The notes under the pieces were generated by a model. The model worked only from the letters and a program-made list of their open reading frames with translations. It did not search any database and had not been told where the DNA came from. Of a DNA stretch of 64,000 bases, positions 63,637 through 64,000 are shown piece by piece. The translations under genes were made by a program, and so were the position numbers. Source of the DNA: Acidimicrobiia bacterium (GTDB lineage: Bacteria; Actinomycetota; Acidimicrobiia; IMCC26256; JAENVU01); the NCBI GenBank assembly GCA_031362155.1, contig JANLRZ010000109.1, positions 3,641 through 67,640 of the forward strand, read 5' to 3'. How positions within the stretch are numbered: position 1 is the first letter of the stretch; each line of letters begins with the position of its first letter.

Positions 63637-64000
63637 ATGGGCTATCGGGGCAAAACAGAGGAACAGGAACGGGCGCGGGACCTTCGGGCCCGGGCATGGA
63701 CGCTGCACGAGATCGCGACTGAGCTGAAGGTGGCGCGCTCCTCGGTCTCGGTCTGGGTCCGTGATGTGGAGTTCGAGGCCAAGCCCCGCAACCGGTCGGT
63801 GTTCCGGAATCCGAGCTCACTCCGTCATGGGGATCCCGGCATCTCAGTTCGGGAAGCCGTATCGCGCGGTCCCGACCCGAGTATCCGCCACAACAAGCAT
63901 GAATTCGGTCTCGTTCGCGTGGACTACTGCTGTGCGAGGACGCATCGTGGAGTCATGGGTCTCGTAGGGGCTTTGCTATCGTCGCAGTTCCTTCCGGGGT
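63637..64000 (+). CDS. 5' part of a CDS open to the window end; the N-terminus is an HTH-like segment
   Basis: The frame runs from the ATG at 63637 with no stop to the window end, so it is absent from the ORF track. It begins MGYRGKTEEQERARDLRARAWTLHEIATELKVARSSVSVWVRDVEF..., with an HTH-like WTLHEIATELKVARSSVSVWVR. Confidence 0.45.
   Translation, partial: MGYRGKTEEQERARDLRARAWTLHEIATELKVARSSVSVWVRDVEFEAKPRNRSVFRNPSSLRHGDPGISVREAVSRGPDPSIRHNKHEFGLVRVDYCCARTHRGVMGLVGALLSSQFLPG

Overview
High-G+C chromosomal segment with classic Actinomycetota core synteny. The taxon call is an inference from gene order and protein motifs. The backbone runs rne-rplU-rpmA-obg-proB-proA ... nadD-LCP-rsfS ... leuS-comEA-comEC-holA-rpsT-lepA-hemW ... 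hrcA-dnaJ-rsmE ... phoH-ybeY-corC-era ... uppS-recO-glyQS ... ppdK-dgt-dnaG-rpoD. About 60 protein genes and one tRNA-Ala(GGC) are supportable. There is no rRNA, CRISPR array, transposase or integrase. Many genes are translationally coupled through ATGA/GTGA/TGATG overlaps. Several genes have a TANNNT hexamer 6-7 nt upstream of the start codon, which suggests leaderless mRNAs.

The conserved backbone is interrupted by small accessory modules, and the interesting signals sit there:
1. A MoxR/VWA(CoxE-like) pair coupled to proA.
2. A membrane-protein-hisH-hisF operon with no hisA, divergent from a PhyH dioxygenase. Next to it are a frameshifted TetR gene, a D-aminoacylase, a GNAT and an unknown gene.
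3. A LAL/STAND LuxR regulator, followed by a degenerate stand-alone LuxR-HTH mini-paralogue and a cupredoxin-like lipoprotein gene. A duplicated palindrome plus -10 promoter module precedes the last two genes.
4. A caa3-type cytochrome oxidase cluster inserted between era and uppS/recO. It has a CtaD C-terminal extension, a 31-codon bridging ORF and two cupredoxins.
5. An HPD-less J-like/RDD fusion protein.

I did not recognise any canonical defence or mobile system. The candidate novel items are hypotheses based on architecture and motifs read by eye. No searches were run.
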